In this document: one piece after another, positions 61,857-64,000 of the stretch
Numbering within the stretch: position 1 is the first letter of the stretch
Layout: every line of letters starts with the position of its first letter
Origin: Vicinamibacterales bacterium
GTDB taxonomy: Bacteria > Acidobacteriota > Vicinamibacteria > Vicinamibacterales > UBA2999
Direction: 5' to 3'
DNA: 64,000 nucleotides
Assembly: GCA_041659285.1 (NCBI GenBank)
Contig: JBAZYO010000001.1
Span: 448,618 to 512,617 of the forward strand
The notes under the pieces: generated by a model
The model's database searches: none
What the model saw: only the letters and a program-made list of their open reading frames with translations
Told to the model about the DNA's origin: nothing
Position numbers and translations under genes: made by a program

Positions 61857-63131
61857 TTACTGGACGATGGACTGGGTGATGGCGGCCTTGAAGCGCTGCC
61901 GCAGACCGTCCGGACTGGCCGGCACGTTCTGGGAGAACAGCAGCACGACGAGCTGCTTCGCGGGATCGATGGCGAAAAACGTCCCGGCGGAGCCGTCCCA
62001 GCCGTACTCCCCGGTCGAGGTGAGGTAGCCGCGCGCGCTCGGCGTGACCACCACGTCGACGTTGCCGAGGCCCCAGCCCATGGCGCCGCCGCGCTGCTGC
62101 AGCACGGGCGCCGAGAGGCCGTTGGCCGTCATCGACTCCACGGTCCTGGCGCTGAGCAGCCGCACGCCGTCGAGCTCGCCCCGGTTCAGGAGCATCTGGC
62201 AGAAGCGGAGAAAATCCGGTGCGGTCGACACCAGGCCGACCGCGCCCTCGACCAGCGCCGGGCGCTTCGTGAACGGCACTTCTTCTTCGATCTCGAAGGG
62301 CGTGAGCCCACCGGTTGGCGCCACACGGTAGACCGTGGCGAGGCGCGCCTGCGCCTCGCCTTCCACCCAGAACGACGTGTCGTTCATCTCGAGCGGCTTG
62401 AGGATGCGATCGGTGACGAACGCGTCGAAGGGCTTACCCGACCACACTTCCACGAGACGGCCCAGCACCGTCGTGCCCTCGCTGTAGCGGAAGCGGGTGC
62501 CCGGGTCTTCCATCAACGGTGCTCGCGTGATGTTGGTGACGAACTGCGGCAACGCCTGCGTTCGCACGCGCACCTGCCGGGCGAGATACAGGTCCGACGA
62601 CCGGTGGCTCAGTCCGGACGTGTGCAGCAGGAGGTCTTCAATCGTGATCGCCCGCGACGGCTTGCGCGACCCCTCGGGCGTCTGCACCATCACGTTCTTG
62701 AACTCCGGCAAGTACGCCGATACCGCATCAGTGAGACGGAACTTCCCTGCCTCGTGCAGCATCATCACCGCGACGGCGGTCACCGCCTTCGTCTGGGAGT
62801 AGATGCGAAAGAGGGAGCGCTCGGTCATCGGCGTGCGCATCTCCACGCTTTGCAGGCCGACCGGCTCGAGGTAGGCGATCTTGCCCTGGCGCGCGACCAG
62901 GCCGACCGCGCCGGCAATCTTGCGATCGCTGACGGCCTGCCGCAGCACGGCGGTGGCGTTCTGGAGGCGCTCGGCCGACATGCCGACCGAATCGGGTGTG
63001 GCGCGCGGGGTCGGTTGGCTTGCCCACCGAAGCTCTGAGAGCGAAGGTGGGACCGCGGCCAACAGGCCGGTGGCGAGGGCGAGGCCGCACAGGGTCAGGG
63101 CGCTGGCGTAATTGAACATCGTGGTTCGCAT
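61857..63131 (-). CDS. Serine hydrolase, class C beta-lactamase/penicillin-binding-protein-related family
   Basis: 424-aa ORF with a signal peptide, the SxxK motif in FRIYSQTKAVTAVAVMML and a downstream YSEG segment. Confidence 0.8.
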   Translation of the reverse strand: MRTTMFNYASALTLCGLALATGLLAAVPPSLSELRWASQPTPRATPDSVGMSAERLQNATAVLRQAVSDRKIAGAVGLVARQGKIAYLEPVGLQSVEMRTPMTERSLFRIYSQTKAVTAVAVMMLHEAGKFRLTDAVSAYLPEFKNVMVQTPEGSRKPSRAITIEDLLLHTSGLSHRSSDLYLARQVRVRTQALPQFVTNITRAPLMEDPGTRFRYSEGTTVLGRLVEVWSGKPFDAFVTDRILKPLEMNDTSFWVEGEAQARLATVYRVAPTGGLTPFEIEEEVPFTKRPALVEGAVGLVSTAPDFLRFCQMLLNRGELDGVRLLSARTVESMTANGLSAPVLQQRGGAMGWGLGNVDVVVTPSARGYLTSTGEYGWDGSAGTFFAIDPAKQLVVLLFSQNVPASPDGLRQRFKAAITQSIVQ

Positions 63132-63147
63132 TCTATGGTGCCACGGG

Positions 63148-64000
63148 CTATGGCTGCTTGATCGCGGCGAGGGCGCGCGTGTGGGCTTCGGTCAAGGCGT
63201 CGGTGGCCGGTACCTTGATGTCCGGCGTCACGCCGTTCCCTTCCCAATTCCGGCGACTGAGAATGGTCAGTAACTGGCCGTTGGGGACTGTGATCTCGAA
63301 CAGATCGTTCACCGGGTACGGGCGGCCCGGGTTCGCCGCGCCGGCGGTGGATTCGCCGATCACCACAGCGCGTTTGAGATCCTGGAGCAGAAAGGCCAGC
63401 CCTTCCCCACCCGAGAAGGAATTCTTCGAGGTCAGGACGAACACAGGGCGCTTGCCGTCGCGCCACGCCAGCGTATCGGCGACGGTTGCGTAGACTTCGC
63501 GGGTGCCGGTCCTTGGGATGACTTCGAACAACGGCTTGCCCGGTTCCTCGAACAGGTAGCTCATGAGCAGGGCCACGGTACCCGGCGAGCCGCCACCGTT
63601 GTTGCGCATGTCGAGGATCAAGGCCGCCGCCGGTTGCAGCAGCTTCATCGCCGCGGCGAGCGCGTCCCGGTGCTCCACCGGACGGAGGAAGTACGCCATG
63701 TCCAGCAGCCCGATGTTGCCGGGCAGGACCTCCGTTCGCCGAAAGCCCGCCGTCGTTGGCACATCACGTTGTGCCGGCGATGAACCTGTCGCGCTCGAGG
63801 GCCTGACAACCTGCACGGCGACGTGCTTGTCTCGGGTCACGTCATAGAGGTCGTGTGTCAGCAACTCAGCGAGTTCTTGTGGCGTTGCCGCCTTCGCGTA
63901 GCGCCCGCCGGCCAGGGCCGACGTCAGCGCTAACCGCACGGCGCCCGTGAGCGGGATGTCGAAGTACTCGCGGCTGAAGACGTCCACGACGCCCGTGACC
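63148..64000 (-). CDS. S41-family (C-terminal processing/tricorn-core-like) peptidase, C-terminal part; the gene runs off the window end
   Basis: The segments LILDMRNNGGGSPG and FVLTSKNSFSGGEGLAFLLQDLKRAVVIGESTAGAANPG are typical of S41 catalytic domains. The reading frame is open to position 64000. Confidence 0.7.
   Translation of the reverse strand, partial: VTGVVDVFSREYFDIPLTGAVRLALTSALAGGRYAKAATPQELAELLTHDLYDVTRDKHVAVQVVRPSSATGSSPAQRDVPTTAGFRRTEVLPGNIGLLDMAYFLRPVEHRDALAAAMKLLQPAAALILDMRNNGGGSPGTVALLMSYLFEEPGKPLFEVIPRTGTREVYATVADTLAWRDGKRPVFVLTSKNSFSGGEGLAFLLQDLKRAVVIGESTAGAANPGRPYPVNDLFEITVPNGQLLTILSRRNWEGNGVTPDIKVPATDALTEAHTRALAAIKQP

Overview
GC-rich bacterial chromosomal segment. The PadR + duplicated-FtsX 'ADOP' permease pair and many secreted beta-propeller proteins suggest Acidobacteriota, but this is inference only. 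Most of the window is core housekeeping: rapZ-hprK-rpoN-lptB with a fused LptC/LptA-like gene, recJ-accA-dnaE-guaA, pssA-psd, rimI-tsaB, mutS, apt, surE, truA, tRNA-Arg(CCU) and tRNA-Pro(CGG). I see no rRNA, no CRISPR array and no canonical defence island. The strongest non-coding call is a c-di-AMP (ydaO/kimA-class) riboswitch in front of a KimA-type K+ importer. That gene lies tail-to-tail with kup, and kup overlaps the stop codon of a 1059-aa Asp-box beta-propeller gene. One small decayed accessory islet (18.2-20.5 kb) holds a frameshifted and truncated alpha/beta-hydrolase, an IS3 transposase remnant, a ParE toxin-antitoxin pair and a lower-GC membrane ORF. A second ParE pair sits at 44.3-45.0 kb. 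The candidates for something undescribed are four. (i) A putative periplasmic redox operon at 48.5-52.9 kb (CxxCH + copper-monooxygenase-like protein, 43-aa micro-ORF, PQQ dehydrogenase, MBL hydrolase), preceded by twin perfect palindromes and interrupted by an AT-rich AGGAG/CTCCT palindromic element. (ii) A WYL-domain regulator divergently paired with a CxxC...CxxC micro-protein, next to an M23/DUF2785-like/beta-lactamase/S41 secreted-enzyme cluster. (iii) An orphan molybdo-hydroxylase large subunit with a duplicated-hairpin leader. (iv) A recurring family of short-period (8-11 bp), AT-richer tandem arrays at gene boundaries, two of which have been absorbed into coding sequence. All functional calls come from reading the translations and motifs by eye. 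No database search was run.
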